Below, piece by piece: positions 13,423-26,881 of a DNA stretch of 64,000 nt. The position numbers and the translations under genes are program-made. The stretch's first letter is position 1, and the number at the start of each line of letters is the position of its first letter. The stretch is from Octopus vulgaris. Taxonomy: Eukaryota. Where the stretch lies: assembly GCA_951406725.2 (NCBI GenBank), contig OX597815.1:78368001-78432000 (forward strand), read 5' to 3'. The notes beneath the pieces were generated by a model. It saw nothing but the letters and a program-made list of their open reading frames with translations, ran no database searches and was not told where the DNA came from.

Positions 13423-14562
13423 ATACATATATCTTTTATCTTTTACCGTTTACTTGTTTCAGTCATCAGACTGCGGTCATGCTGTGGCACGGTCTTGAAG
13501 AATCGAACCTTGTACGGTTTCTTTTGTCGAATTGCTAAGTTATGGGGACGTAAACAAACCAGCACCAGTTGTCAAACGGTGGTGGGGGACAAACAGATAC
13601 AACGATACACACACACATGCGCGCGCGCGCGCGTGCTGAGTGTGTGTTTCTGATTGAGTGGGTGTGCCTGTTTTCATTTGCGCTTCTTTGAAAATCGTGA
13701 GGGACAAAGCGGTGATATTGTCATTTCTTCAATCAACAAATCTTCCACTAGCTTTGCATGTTCGGAGAGGCGTGAAACAAGAGATGTCTTGCTCGGAAAA
13801 GAGGTAACATTTAATGAGAGAAAGGGTATCTGGCTGTGGATAAACGAACTAAAAAAATGTATCGAAAACGAAAAAATATACACATGTACACGAGCATGTA
13901 TGTGTTTATGTATGCGTGTGTGTGTGTTTGTATCTGTGTATGTATGCACACACATGCATACATTCATTCATGCATATATTCACTTAAATATATATACGCA
14001 AATAAATCATGTGTGTATAGGTATGCATAAATATAATATTGCTCTCATAAGCACGCTTATACATACATATGTCTTATATATATATATATATATATACGCA
14101 CACTCACACACACACACATGCATACATGTATATTTGTACATATGCATGTATGTATATATATATATATGTGTGTGCGCGCGTGCGTGTGTGTACAATATGT
14201 ACACACGTGCACACACCACATACACACAAGCACACATTCACGTGTGTGTTACAGCGTACTATACACTCATTGTGAACATTTTAAGACGCAACTTTTTTTT
14301 TTACACCAATATCTGACTGAGAACAATAACCGTTTAATAACATTAATTATCCGTGATTATAATACGCGCTCCCAACTATGTACACTACCAGTGTGCATTT
14401 CATCTTTGTAATACAGGGTGGGCCATAAGTCACACAAGATAATTGCAATATATTCTGGAACTGTCAAAGACATACTTCGATTTTTGTAAAATAAAATAAT
14501 AATGAATACACACGTACTTGATGAACATAATAATAATAATTATTATTATTATAATTATTATT

Positions 14563-15220
<658 letters not shown>

Positions 15221-15448
15221 CTACTACTACTACTACTATCTAATATAGGTACAAGCCTTCACATCTCGGGCTCAGTCCCGCTGCAAGGCAACTTGGCCAA
15301 CTGTATCCTATTGTAGCATCGGGCCCATAAAACTTGTTATTGGTTTTGGCAGACGGAAACCGAAAGAACCCCGTCCGTGGTATATATATATATATATATA
15401 CACATACATACATACATACATACATACATACACATATGTTATATTATA

Positions 15449-15544
<96 letters not shown>

Positions 15545-15556
15545 CACATATATAAC

Positions 15557-15597
<41 letters not shown>

Positions 15598-15711
15598 AGT
15601 AATCACACCAGGACTGGCTGTCAAGCTGTGATGGGGAGACAAACACAAACACAAAGATACACACACACACATAACTGTATACATACATACATACATACAT
15701 ACATACATACA

Positions 15712-15743
<32 letters not shown>

Positions 15744-15763
15744 AATATGTATGTATGTATACA

Positions 15764-15805
<42 letters not shown>

Positions 15806-16632
15806 TGTGTGTGTCTGTGTCTTTACGTCTGGGTTTGTCATCCCCCCCTCATCACCGCTTGACAGCCGGTGCTGGTGTGTTTACGTCCCCGTAACTTACC
15901 GGTTCGGCAAAAGAACCCGGTAGAATATGTAAGAAATAAGTGCTAGGGTCGATTTGCTCGACTAAAAACTCTTCAATGCGGTGTTCCAGCATGGCCGCAG
16001 TCAACTGACTATAACACATAAATAAATAGATAAATGAAAATGTCAAATGTTTTGGTGCGTGACTATTGGCCCACTCTGTATTATAAAGACTGCCATGAAT
16101 CTTGTTTTATGACGGTATACCTAATGTCTATAGGTGTATAGGTGTGTCTATATAGAAATTAGAAGTCTATAGTGCTGAAGCAAAAGTTTAACACACAAGT
16201 TACGATAAGGAAATTTTTTACAGCAGTTTGATAACGGAGTGTATATAGTTGCTGTTTCATGATCCCTTTTAAGGTAAACATAACAGACAGTGTGATACGA
16301 CCTAGCAACTCACTCATGACTAACTTCCTTACAGTGGCTCACTGCTGTGTTAATCTAGTTATACATACATACATACATACATACATACATACATACATAC
16401 ATACATACATACATACATGCATGCATACATACATGCATGCATACATACATACATACATACATACATACATACATACATACATGCATGCATGCATGCATAC
16501 ATGCATACTATATACATATATACATGGGTGTGTGCGTTTGCGTGTACGTCGTGTGTGTATGCGCGCGATCGTGTGTGTATGTAGTTATATCTATATCTTT
16601 CTATCTACTTAGCTAGCCAGGTATTTATCAGA

Positions 16633-16725
<93 letters not shown>

Positions 16726-16750
16726 TAAACGGACTCACACACACACACAC

Positions 16751-19658
16751 AATAACTAAAAAAACTACAGCAACTCAGGGAAACTAAGCCAGAACAACCT
16801 GCCATCCTCTACACACCATCATAAACTGCGAGCAGGGTACAAATTGTTGTCCTTAAATGCTCGCAGTTTATGCAACAAAATACATTTGTTCAACGCCTAC
16901 GTCAGAAGTGTTGACCCTGACTTCATCACTGTCACGGAAACATGGGCGCATTCCTTACTCTGTGATGGGGTTTTCAACATTACGGGGTACAACCTCTTCC
17001 GTAAGGACCGCACTAACCGCCGTGGTGGTGGTGTGATGGTCTACGTTCGTTCAAATTTTTTGGTAATTCCTTGTGCCGATTTGAACGAATCACAAGAAGA
17101 AGTTTTTTTCTGTGACGTGCGTATGACCATGTCAACACTCCTGCTTGGCGTTGTTTATCATCCCCCAAGTTACCATCGGGACACACAGCTTTGCAATGTC
17201 CTCCGAGCTGCTGCCAGGAAAACAGCCACTTATGTGTTTATTGCAGGCGATTTCAATCATCCTGAGATCGATTGGGAGACCTTCCATTGGCCACAGAGTG
17301 CAAACGATTTTGTTGAGCTTGTGCTGGACTCAAACTGGTCACAAGTAGTCACCTCTCCAACAAGAGGCGACAACACCTTGGACCTGCTCTTCACCACAAC
17401 TCCTGAAGCGGTTATCAATTGCACTACGGAGGAACCTCTAGGTGACTCTGATCATGCTATGATCATCGCCAATCTGGCTCTTGCGGGCAACAAAAACCTG
17501 AACCATCTCCAATCTGCTTCCTTCGATTGGAAGAGAGCAGATTGGAACCTGTACCACACTGAACTACAGCACCCAAACTGGCGTGAATTCTACAACTCTG
17601 GAGATGTGAATACTATACTCCAGAGTATCCTAGACTCAATATGGGCAGCATGTGCAGCATCAGTGCCACGTAAACAAAAAAAGAAGAACCGCCCCAAAAG
17701 GGCAATTTGGGAAACTTCAGCGGTCCGACTTGCCAGGAGGGAACGTCGGACTGCTGAACGGGAATACAGGTTGCATAAATCAGACACCAACAGGAAGAAG
17801 CGGAATAAATCCTCCAACCATCTCAAGCAAGTGACAAAAAAAGCAGTGCTTGAATTTGAACAGTGCATAGCAGCCAATCCTGACAGCAAGGTTTTCTGGA
17901 AATATGTGCACTCAAAGCAGAGACCTCACTCTCCAGTGGGCCCTCTTCGCAACCCTCACACAAACCAGATCACTGACGACCCCAAGGAATGCGCAGAACT
18001 CATTGCCGAGTGCTATGCAAACATATTCACTGTTGAAAGTCAAAATGTACCATCTTCACCATCACTAACAGCAAACTCCATAACAACTATGGAATTTACA
18101 CCTGCAATGCTGCGACGTCACCTTCAAAATAAGCGCAACTATGCCTCCCCTGGTCTCGATGGAGTTACATACCTGCTTCTCAAACGTGGCAGGCACTTCC
18201 TTTTACACCAGCTTTCTATTTTCTTCCAGTACTGTCTCAACAATGGTGCTACTCCGGAGCAGTGGAAAACTGCCAGTGTCATTCCTCTGTTCAAAAAGGG
18301 CGACCGCACATCACCTGTCAACTATCGCCCAGTCAGTCTCACTAGCTGTATTGCAAAACTGATGGAATCGTGTGTCAGAGAAACACTCTGGAACTTCTGG
18401 AGCTCTCACAGTCTCATCCGACCCTCACAATATGGATTTGTCCCTAACTCCAGCTGCAGTGACCAGCTTGTCGAGTTCCTTGAGGACATTACTCAGATTA
18501 CTGACAGTGGCTCATGGGTGGATGTTGTCTACCTTGACTTTGCTAAGGCTTTCAACTCTGTGCCACACAAAAGGCTTATGGTGAAACTCTCTGCAATGGG
18601 TGTGGGGGATGACCTTTTTAACTGGTTGAAATCCTTCATCCTCAGCCGAAAGGAGGTAGTCACAGTTCTAGGACAGCACTCTACACCATATGAGATGTCA
18701 TCGGGTGTACCACAGGGATCTGTCCTTGGCCCCCTCTTGTTTGTGGCATACATTAACGACATAGATGCCAATTTAAAGAATGCCACAGTATTGAAATATG
18801 CAGACGACATCAAGCTGTACCTTGAAATCAAGAGGACAGATCCTGATGTCTACAACTCTTTCCTGCAATCAGACCTAGACACAATGCAGCAATGGATCAC
18901 AGACTGGCAACTGAAACTGGCTGTGGACAAGTGTACCACCATGCATTTTGGGAGAAAAAACCCTGCGTTCACATACTCCCTCCACAACACTGATATCAAG
19001 AAATCCTCTTGCGAGCGTGACCTAGGCATCACTGTCAGCAGTGATTTGCGTTGGTCAAAGCATATCTCTAAGATTGTCAGGAAGGCCGAGGGTGTCTTGG
19101 CATCACTCAGCAGGTCTTTTGTTAGCCGCTCTCCAGCCATCTATTTAAAACTGTATACAGCTATGGTACGACCACACTTGGAATTCGCATCATCAGTTTG
19201 GAACCCCTATCTTGCACAGAACATTGACCTCCTGGAATCTGTCCAGAGACGTGCAACCAAACGCATACCCTCCATCAGACACCTACCATATTCTGAGCGC
19301 CTTGTTTCCCTGGGCATGGATTCACTGAAGCTCCGGCGTTTGGCGACGGACTTGGTAAACACCCACAAAGTTATCAACCACCTCACCAACAACAACACTG
19401 AACACCTTTTTGATCTCCATGTGTCTAACACACGTGGACATGCCTACAAAGTCAGAAAACAATACAGCTCCCATGACTTTCGGAAACATTTTTTCACGCT
19501 CAGAGTTGCTGAAGCATGGAATAAACTGCCTGCGTCAGTTGTTGACTGCCATGACACTGCATCTTTTAAGGCCCTCATGCTTTCCGAAATCCGCCGAAAC
19601 TTCACCTGATTATATATACACTTTAGATGAGTTGTAGTGCACCTGAGCACTGTACACA

Positions 19659-19698
<40 letters not shown>

Positions 19699-19700
19699 TA
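16751..19700 (+). mobile_element. 5'-truncated CR1-clade LINE: last codons of ORF1, intact ORF2, short 3' UTR, (ATT)n tail
   Basis: Begins right after (GATA)n/(CA)n; ORF1-like tail ITKKTTATQGN* (TAA 16785-16787); ORF2 to 19609; 3' hairpin 19633-19654; (ATT)n from 19659. Confidence 0.9.
16844..19609 (+). CDS. LINE ORF2: APE endonuclease + reverse transcriptase (CR1 clade), 921 aa uninterrupted
   Basis: EN motifs LNARS, VTETW, FRKDR..GGGV, GDFN, PTR..NTLDL, SDH; RT motifs SPGLDG, PLFKKG..NYRPVSLTS, QYGF, YLDFAKAF, GVPQGSVLGP, YADD, ERDLG; CR1 C-terminus VRPHLEF, LESVQRRATK, TRGH, FFTLRV..WNKLP. The listed start is TTG; the frame is open back to 16760. Confidence 0.95.
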   Translation: MLSLNARSLCNKIHLFNAYVRSVDPDFITVTETWAHSLLCDGVFNITGYNLFRKDRTNRRGGGVMVYVRSNFLVIPCADLNESQEEVFFCDVRMTMSTLLLGVVYHPPSYHRDTQLCNVLRAAARKTATYVFIAGDFNHPEIDWETFHWPQSANDFVELVLDSNWSQVVTSPTRGDNTLDLLFTTTPEAVINCTTEEPLGDSDHAMIIANLALAGNKNLNHLQSASFDWKRADWNLYHTELQHPNWREFYNSGDVNTILQSILDSIWAACAASVPRKQKKKNRPKRAIWETSAVRLARRERRTAEREYRLHKSDTNRKKRNKSSNHLKQVTKKAVLEFEQCIAANPDSKVFWKYVHSKQRPHSPVGPLRNPHTNQITDDPKECAELIAECYANIFTVESQNVPSSPSLTANSITTMEFTPAMLRRHLQNKRNYASPGLDGVTYLLLKRGRHFLLHQLSIFFQYCLNNGATPEQWKTASVIPLFKKGDRTSPVNYRPVSLTSCIAKLMESCVRETLWNFWSSHSLIRPSQYGFVPNSSCSDQLVEFLEDITQITDSGSWVDVVYLDFAKAFNSVPHKRLMVKLSAMGVGDDLFNWLKSFILSRKEVVTVLGQHSTPYEMSSGVPQGSVLGPLLFVAYINDIDANLKNATVLKYADDIKLYLEIKRTDPDVYNSFLQSDLDTMQQWITDWQLKLAVDKCTTMHFGRKNPAFTYSLHNTDIKKSSCERDLGITVSSDLRWSKHISKIVRKAEGVLASLSRSFVSRSPAIYLKLYTAMVRPHLEFASSVWNPYLAQNIDLLESVQRRATKRIPSIRHLPYSERLVSLGMDSLKLRRLATDLVNTHKVINHLTNNNTEHLFDLHVSNTRGHAYKVRKQYSSHDFRKHFFTLRVAEAWNKLPASVVDCHDTASFKALMLSEIRRNFT

Positions 19701-19705
19701 TTTAT

Positions 19706-19754
<49 letters not shown>

Positions 19755-19785
19755 CACAAATCCTATAAATGCAAATATATATGTA

Positions 19786-19902
<117 letters not shown>

Positions 19903-20169
19903 GTATACATATATATATATATGTATACATATATATATATATATATGTATTTGTGTATATGTATATTATATATATATATATATATATGTTTGTATGTATA
20001 TGTATATACATACTAGATGCATAGACACACGTATATATGTCTATATGGCATGTGTGTGTATATACACATGTATGGGTAGATGGATGGACGGATCGTAGTC
20101 CAATGACTGAAACAGATGAAAGATAGTACACACACACACACACACACACACACGGATAGGCTCAGAGAA

Positions 20170-21000
20170 ATTTTACATGATATATATGACCATAAAGAGG
20201 AGTTAGATACTTGTAGCGTAGAAGACTACTAGGAGTTCCTGGAGGTGTGGCTTGGTGCAATGAAATCATAGAGATACAAAAACTGAAAGACTGACTTGGA
20301 AAGCTTGGAAGAATTATGTAAGTAGAGACCATTACCAAATAGCTGGAAGGGAAACTAGACATCAGGGAAATTTAGCTTTCGGTAAGCAGAAAGAAACTTG
20401 CACATGTTCTGCGACATGATCAGAGATGTGATACGTTCTGGATTGCAAGACAGAGTGCCAGAGACAATCCAGATGTCATCAGGTTGAAGTGTATCTGAAA
20501 TGATGAAGGCACACATGCTCTTAGACCTGATAAAAGGAAGAGGCGTGGATGACCCAGCAGAGACACAAGCAATTCAAGTGTGATGGATTGAGTAATTAAC
20601 GACATGTAGGTGGGGAGAGCTGCTGGCTCATCTGTGATTGTTGCTTAGATACTAAAAATATCTGGCGATGTAGGATCACGATAATTGCCTGACTAGTTAA
20701 TCAAGTAATACAGAAAGGTATCTTATCCAATGATTTGTGAAGTAGTATCACTGTGAACTACTACCAAGGCGAAGGAGGTGAACTAGAAAGAAGGAATTAT
20801 AGGAGCAGGAAATTGTTGGATCAGGCTATGGAAGTCGTGATGAGGGTCACAACAGAACTAATCAGGGGTGCAGTTAGCCATGATAAAAGGCAGCTCGGTT
20901 TTCTACCCAGAAATGCAATCTTCTTGATGAAATAAATACAAGAGAAATCCTTAGCTAAGAGTAAACAACTGTACCTGGCCTTTGTTGACAATGTATAAGA
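20170..21000 (+). pseudogene. Decayed RTE-clade RT fragment
   Basis: NYRSRKLLDQAMEVVMRV..LIR..RQLGFLPRNAIFLMK*IQEKSLAKSKQLYLAFVD matches the RTE NYRGIKLL..QFGF..AIF..QEK...LYLAFVD consensus. Confidence 0.75.
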
Positions 21001-22008
21001 AACTATAATGGTTCTCTTCATCTGTCTGACTCTCTCACCCTTCACTAGGCTTATGAACCTGAGACTGTATTGGTCCACCTACATCCCTTCACCAGGCTGA
21101 TGTATAAGAGACTGCAATTAGGCTATCCTCTACACTAGAGAGGAATGATTATAAACCTCCCTCTCTAGTGTACTCTCTTACCCTTTCCGTCCTTTTCTAC
21201 TCCCAATCATCACTGTCTCTCTCCTCCCTTGGGGTCACATCTGTTACCCCCCATCACTTAACATTCATCTTATCCCGTCATTCTCACGTTGGCTCACTTC
21301 TGCTGTTTTCAAGCTTTATAGTATTCCATTACCTACTATTACCTTTATTCCTCCTGCTGTTCTAAATAATTTTGCCGCTTACATTATATCACTGCTCGTT
21401 TCTTTCTTCCACTCAACTATCAAACCTTTATGGCGTCATCGCTCTTTCTTCTAATCCTCGTCTTGCCCAGTTGAGCAAATGTACACACCCTAGATTATTT
21501 TTGTACTTTTGACATCTACTTCCTCTCATCACTTACTCCGGGGCCTCTCTTCTGAATTAGTTCTCCTCCTCTTCTATTCTCCCCCCCCCTCCGGCTGGTC
21601 TACATGTCTAAGCTCTGAATACTGTCTATTGTGACTCGTATATAAAACACCACTCACTCCTGCACGGGTGCCAGCCGACAACTCATGTTCCTTTAAAATA
21701 CCAGGTGAATGTCACTACCACAAAATGCGCCCAGCATAACCTGTAAAGTGGCTGCTGAGAAGGCCCGACCTTCTGAGGCCACTCTATTCAACATTTTTTT
21801 CGTGTTGGTGTAACGGAAAGCGCACTCATTACACTCTGTGAAATGGTTGTCGATAGGAAGGACAACCAACAGTAGAAACCAAGTCACATGACACGTACGA
21901 GCATCATACTATGGAAATATAGAAGTAGCTTTTATTAGGAAAGGAGTCAGATCTTGACGACCCGTTCAACCCATACCATCATGGAAAACGGCCGGAAAAA
22001 TACTGCTG

Positions 22009-22072
<64 letters not shown>

Positions 22073-22146
22073 TATGTATGTATATTCGAAACGCGGAGTA
22101 GACGAAACAGGGACAACTGAAGAAGGGGAATATTCCTTGTGTTGTA

Positions 22147-23408
22147 CGAGGGACGTTCAATAAGTAATGCCCCTGACCCACTTGCAGTTGTTTGACCTAG
22201 CTGAAATTTTGCATGTGCAATTATTTATATCTTTATAGATTAAGTGGCAAATTACAACTGAACTAATTGTGGTTTCTGATTTTCAGGTGTTTGAACTGAG
22301 TCAAGTGTGAAATGGAGCCTGTTGAGTGTCGAGTAGTGATCCGGTTTTTGTATTTGAAAGGACGCACACTACGGAAGATTTTTGATGAAATGAAAGTAAC
22401 TTATGGTGATGATGCCCCATCATATGACCTTGTAAAACGCTGGCATCGGGAATTCAAACATGGTCGGAACTCTGTGGAAACAGCTCCCAGATCTGGTCGC
22501 CCCCCTTCTGCCATTGATGAGGCATCTGTCCGTCAAGTTGAGGCAGCCATTTTGGAAGATCGACGCATAACTATTCGCCAAATAGCCCATGAGGTCAAGA
22601 TTAGTACCGGGTCTGTGGAAACTATCATTCATGACCATTTGCATATGCAAAAGGTATCTGCCAGATGGATTCCCAGGTTGCTCACACCTTTCCAGAAGCA
22701 AGAACGCGTCGAGTGCCCGAGGATGAATTTGGAGATGTGCCAAGAAGATGAGTCAAAATTTTCGAAAGACTGATTAGACAGGATGAAACCTGGGTCCATC
22801 ACTATGATCCAGAGACCAAAGCCCAGTCAATGCAGTGGAAGCACCGTGACTCACCTCCTCCAAAGAAGGCAAGGGTGCTGCCCTCCGCTGGCAAGGTCAT
22901 GCTCACAGTCTTCTGGGACCAGGACGGAGTAGTGATGACAGATTTCCTGGCAAAGGGTACCACAATTACAGGAGCCTATTATGCTTCACTTTTGAGGAAA
23001 TTAAGAGAAGCTATCAAAATCAAGAGGCGGGACAAGATCAGCAAAGGCATCCTCCTCTTGCAGGACAACGCTCCGGTCCACAACTCGCGTGTCGCCAGAT
23101 CAGAAGCACAGGCGTGCGGCTATGAACTCCTCCCCATCCCCCTACTCTCCTGACCTTGCACCCTCTGATTTCACCTCTTCCCAGCCATGAAGTTGTTTTT
23201 GAAAGGAAAGCGTTTCCCAGATGATGCAGCCTTGATTTCTGAAGTCACGTCGTGGTTGGAGGACCAAGCTGGGGTCTTCTACAAAAACGGTCTCCAGAGC
23301 TGCATCAAACAATGTGAGAAATGCATAACTCTGGGTGGTTCCTATATAGAAAAAGACTAATAACTGTGCCAAGTTTCGTCAGGGGCATTACTTATTGAAC
23401 GCCCCTCG
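22147..23408 (+). mobile_element. Full-length mariner transposon (1262 bp), 31-bp TIRs, TA TSD
   Basis: TA|CGAGGGACGTTCAATAAGTAATGCCCCTGAC (22147-22177) and GTCAGGGGCATTACTTATTGAACGCCCCTCG|TA (23378-23408), one mismatch. Confidence 0.95.
22312..23360 (+). pseudogene. Mariner DDD transposase with two frameshifts
   Basis: HTH N-terminus, RSGRP, WIPRLL, QDETW, LLQDNAPVH, YSPDLAPSDFHLFP, ending GGSYIEKD*. Frameshifts near 22765 and in the C-run near 23140. Confidence 0.92.
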
Positions 23409-23722
23409 TATGTCTTGTACTCTGTTTTTTCGTTGTTTGAAAAAAAAGTTTGTTTCCATGTTTTTGTTTTTATGTTTTCGTTTCTCATTGTGTTCAACGT
23501 TTTTTTTTTTGCGTCCTGTACCCATATATGCATGTATATATACATATAGATGTAGGTATGTACATATATGTATGTATATATGCATATATTTATATATTAT
23601 TTTATTATATATATATACACACATTTCCAAGTAAGTTTATCTATATATATGTATATATATATATGTATGTATATATGTATGTATATATATATATAGGTAT
23701 ATATATATGTGTGTGTATGTAT

Positions 23723-23757
<35 letters not shown>

Positions 23758-23940
23758 GATATGTGGAGGTATCTTTGTGTGTGTGTATAATTTGTGTAGC
23801 AATGAAACTTGCTTTGTAGCTACGTGGTTTCGGGTTCAGTCTAATGGCTTAGTACATTGGGCAAGTGTCTTTTACTATAGGACCGGTCTGATCAATGCCT
23901 TGTAAGAGAATCTGGTAAAAGGAAACTGAGTGGAAGCCCG

Positions 23941-24002
<62 letters not shown>

Positions 24003-24025
24003 GTGTGTGCATGTGTGAGGGATAG

Positions 24026-24079
<54 letters not shown>

Positions 24080-24343
24080 CGGGGTGGAGCTTGTGTTTGT
24101 TCTCCCTAACAAATCAACAACGCTTAACAACCTGTGCTGGTTTGTTTACGTCCCCGTAAAATGGTTCCGCAAAGTAGGCCAACAGAATGAGTGACAGACT
24201 TAAAAATAGATACTAGAGTCAACTTGTTTGACTAAACCCTTGAAGGCGGTGCCCCAACATGGCCGCAGTTCAATGACTGAAATAAGTAAAAGATATAAAA
24301 TATATATATATTCACACACACTCACACAAGTGTAGGTATATAC

Positions 24344-24387
<44 letters not shown>

Positions 24388-24455
24388 CTATTTTAGCACT
24401 AGTGTGTATGTGCATGTATTGTGTATATATATGTGTGTACAAATGCATAATTATG

Positions 24456-24502
<47 letters not shown>

Positions 24503-25745
24503 GTGTGTGTGTATACATGTTATAAAGAAATAAATATATATATGTATGTAAATATGTATGTAAGTATAAGTATATATATGTATATATATATATACATACA
24601 TATATATATTATATATATATACACACACATACACACATATGTATTTGTGTGTGTGTGTGTTTTCATGCGTTTGTGTAAGCGTATGTGTATTTGTGTATGT
24701 ATATATGAGTGTGAATGCGTTTCTGCGCGGTTATCAACTTTCAACGCGAAAACAGCGACAATTGTGGAGAACAGAATCGCTGTGGTACTGTACTTTTTGC
24801 TTTTCTGCCAACCAATTCCAAGAAAAACTGCAACTACCTCAACTAACCCTCTCTCGCTCATACGTCATAACTTTCCTACCCTTCCTCCTCCTCCCCTCCT
24901 CCTTCTCCTCCTGTGCATCTTCTTTCCCTTCTCACTTTCCTCCGTCTTTGTCTTTCTATCTCTATTTCTCTCTCTCTCCCTCACTCTCATTCACTTTCTC
25001 TTTTGATCTTCTTTTCTCTTTACCACATTTCCTCCTTCACTTTCTCATTGTCTATCTCATTCTCCCTTTCTCTTTCACACGCAACTATAAATCTATTCTG
25101 TTAGTCTTATTGAAAAGACAACACAAACAGAATTCACTTTACAATACTTAGTCTCTTGAAATGTATGGTATTTGTACTTTTACTGAGATTGGTCTGTGGT
25201 CACGCTTGCTCCACGCTGAGGCCACGCTGGTGCAACACCTTCAAGGATAGTATTAATAACATTTTCTGGGGAGAGTCATATTATCTTAATATCTTATTAT
25301 CTAACACACTCACCGGTTCGATTTCGACTCATTTATTATTTATATTTTTATATTTTTTCATCCAAAATTTTCGTTGCTTTTGCAACATTGTCAATGGATG
25401 ATGCCTCAATACTTATTTGTATCGACCTCATCAGTGTAAGAATATGCTTGCACTAATGAGTAAAGAGTGCACCATTGCACTGATTATGAAATCACAGTGA
25501 TATGCGGCTAAGTTCTATTTTTAAATGACTTGCTTCGGCAGTTGCATTCGGTACGATGTGTTTATTTATTTTAGTAGTTTTTACTTTAAGAGTCCCTCCT
25601 AGCGTGTGGCATTTATGTGTAGTAATGTCCTCTATATAATATAAATGAATATATTTAAGTGAAAAAATTGGTGGATTTTTTCTCTTATGAGGTTTTTCAC
25701 GCTGACTACTTGATAAATTCTTATAAAGATTTTATCCTATTTTTA

Positions 25746-25790
<45 letters not shown>

Positions 25791-26505
25791 TCACAAACAC
25801 ATACATACATATACATACACAGATAGTTACATACGTAAAGACTTTGACAAAGGCGAGTGAGAAAGGCGGTTCTTGACTGATGACTGAGTTGATCGTGAAA
25901 TTGTAACCAGCCGAGTGGTCGATTGTTGTGTTCTGCCACCAACCATTATCAACCAAAACATTTCTGGAACAATGCTATCTACTTAGCTATATATAAGAAC
26001 AACTGACCACAAGCAATGGCGATAATTCCCAAATTGAAAAGCAGTTTGTGTCTAGGCAAAGATTTGTCCAAATTTTGTGTGGCTCTTGAGAAGCAATTTC
26101 AGTACTTGTTCCTATTCCGGCTGGTTTCCCCACTTATTCAAAACCTCTCAGATTGCTGTACTATTAGATGCAGATCCGGTTCTGATTATTGGTTGTATGC
26201 TGAGATCTGATCTCTACATCATCAGCCGATCCCATGTTAAGCTCATCATGTTACATGACCTTCACCACCAAATGACTGTTGCCTCGGACTAAATATATGA
26301 GATATTTTTTATTATATATCCGAATAAAATTTGATGACGAGGGCTACATCTTTATCATTATCCCTGCCACATTTTTTTAAACATTTGTATGCTATGCATA
26401 AATCCCTTCTTTTTCAGTGTATACCATGTACATTTACATTTTTTTTTATCATTTCATTATGTCTGTCGTTATGTCTGTCTTTGTATTGTCCCCCTCATCC
26501 ATCAT

Positions 26506-26605
<100 letters not shown>

Positions 26606-26607
26606 GA

Positions 26608-26815
26608 GGTGGCGAACTGGCAAAATCGTTTAGCACTCCAGGTGAAATGCTTAGCGGCATTTCATCCGTTTTTCCGTTCTGAGTTCAAACTCCGCCGAGG
26701 TCGACTTTGCCTGTCATCCTTTTGGAGTCGATAAATTAAGTAATTGTACTAGGGTCGGTGTAATCGACTTAGCCCCTCCCAAAAAATTTCGGGCTTTGTG
26801 CCTAAAGTAGAAAGG

Positions 26816-26881
<66 letters not shown>

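Noticed and set aside
22085-22146. CGAAAC and CTGAAGA hammerhead-like words left of the mariner
   Set aside because: Could not assemble stems I-III; probably a fragment of an older repeat disrupted by the mariner.
24639-25151. Long Leu/Ser/Phe-rich ORFs resembling membrane proteins
   Set aside because: Product of a pyrimidine-rich low-complexity tract.
25840-26300. Faint RT-like words on the minus strand (RHKLLFNLGI)
   Set aside because: Too degraded to assign without an HMM search.
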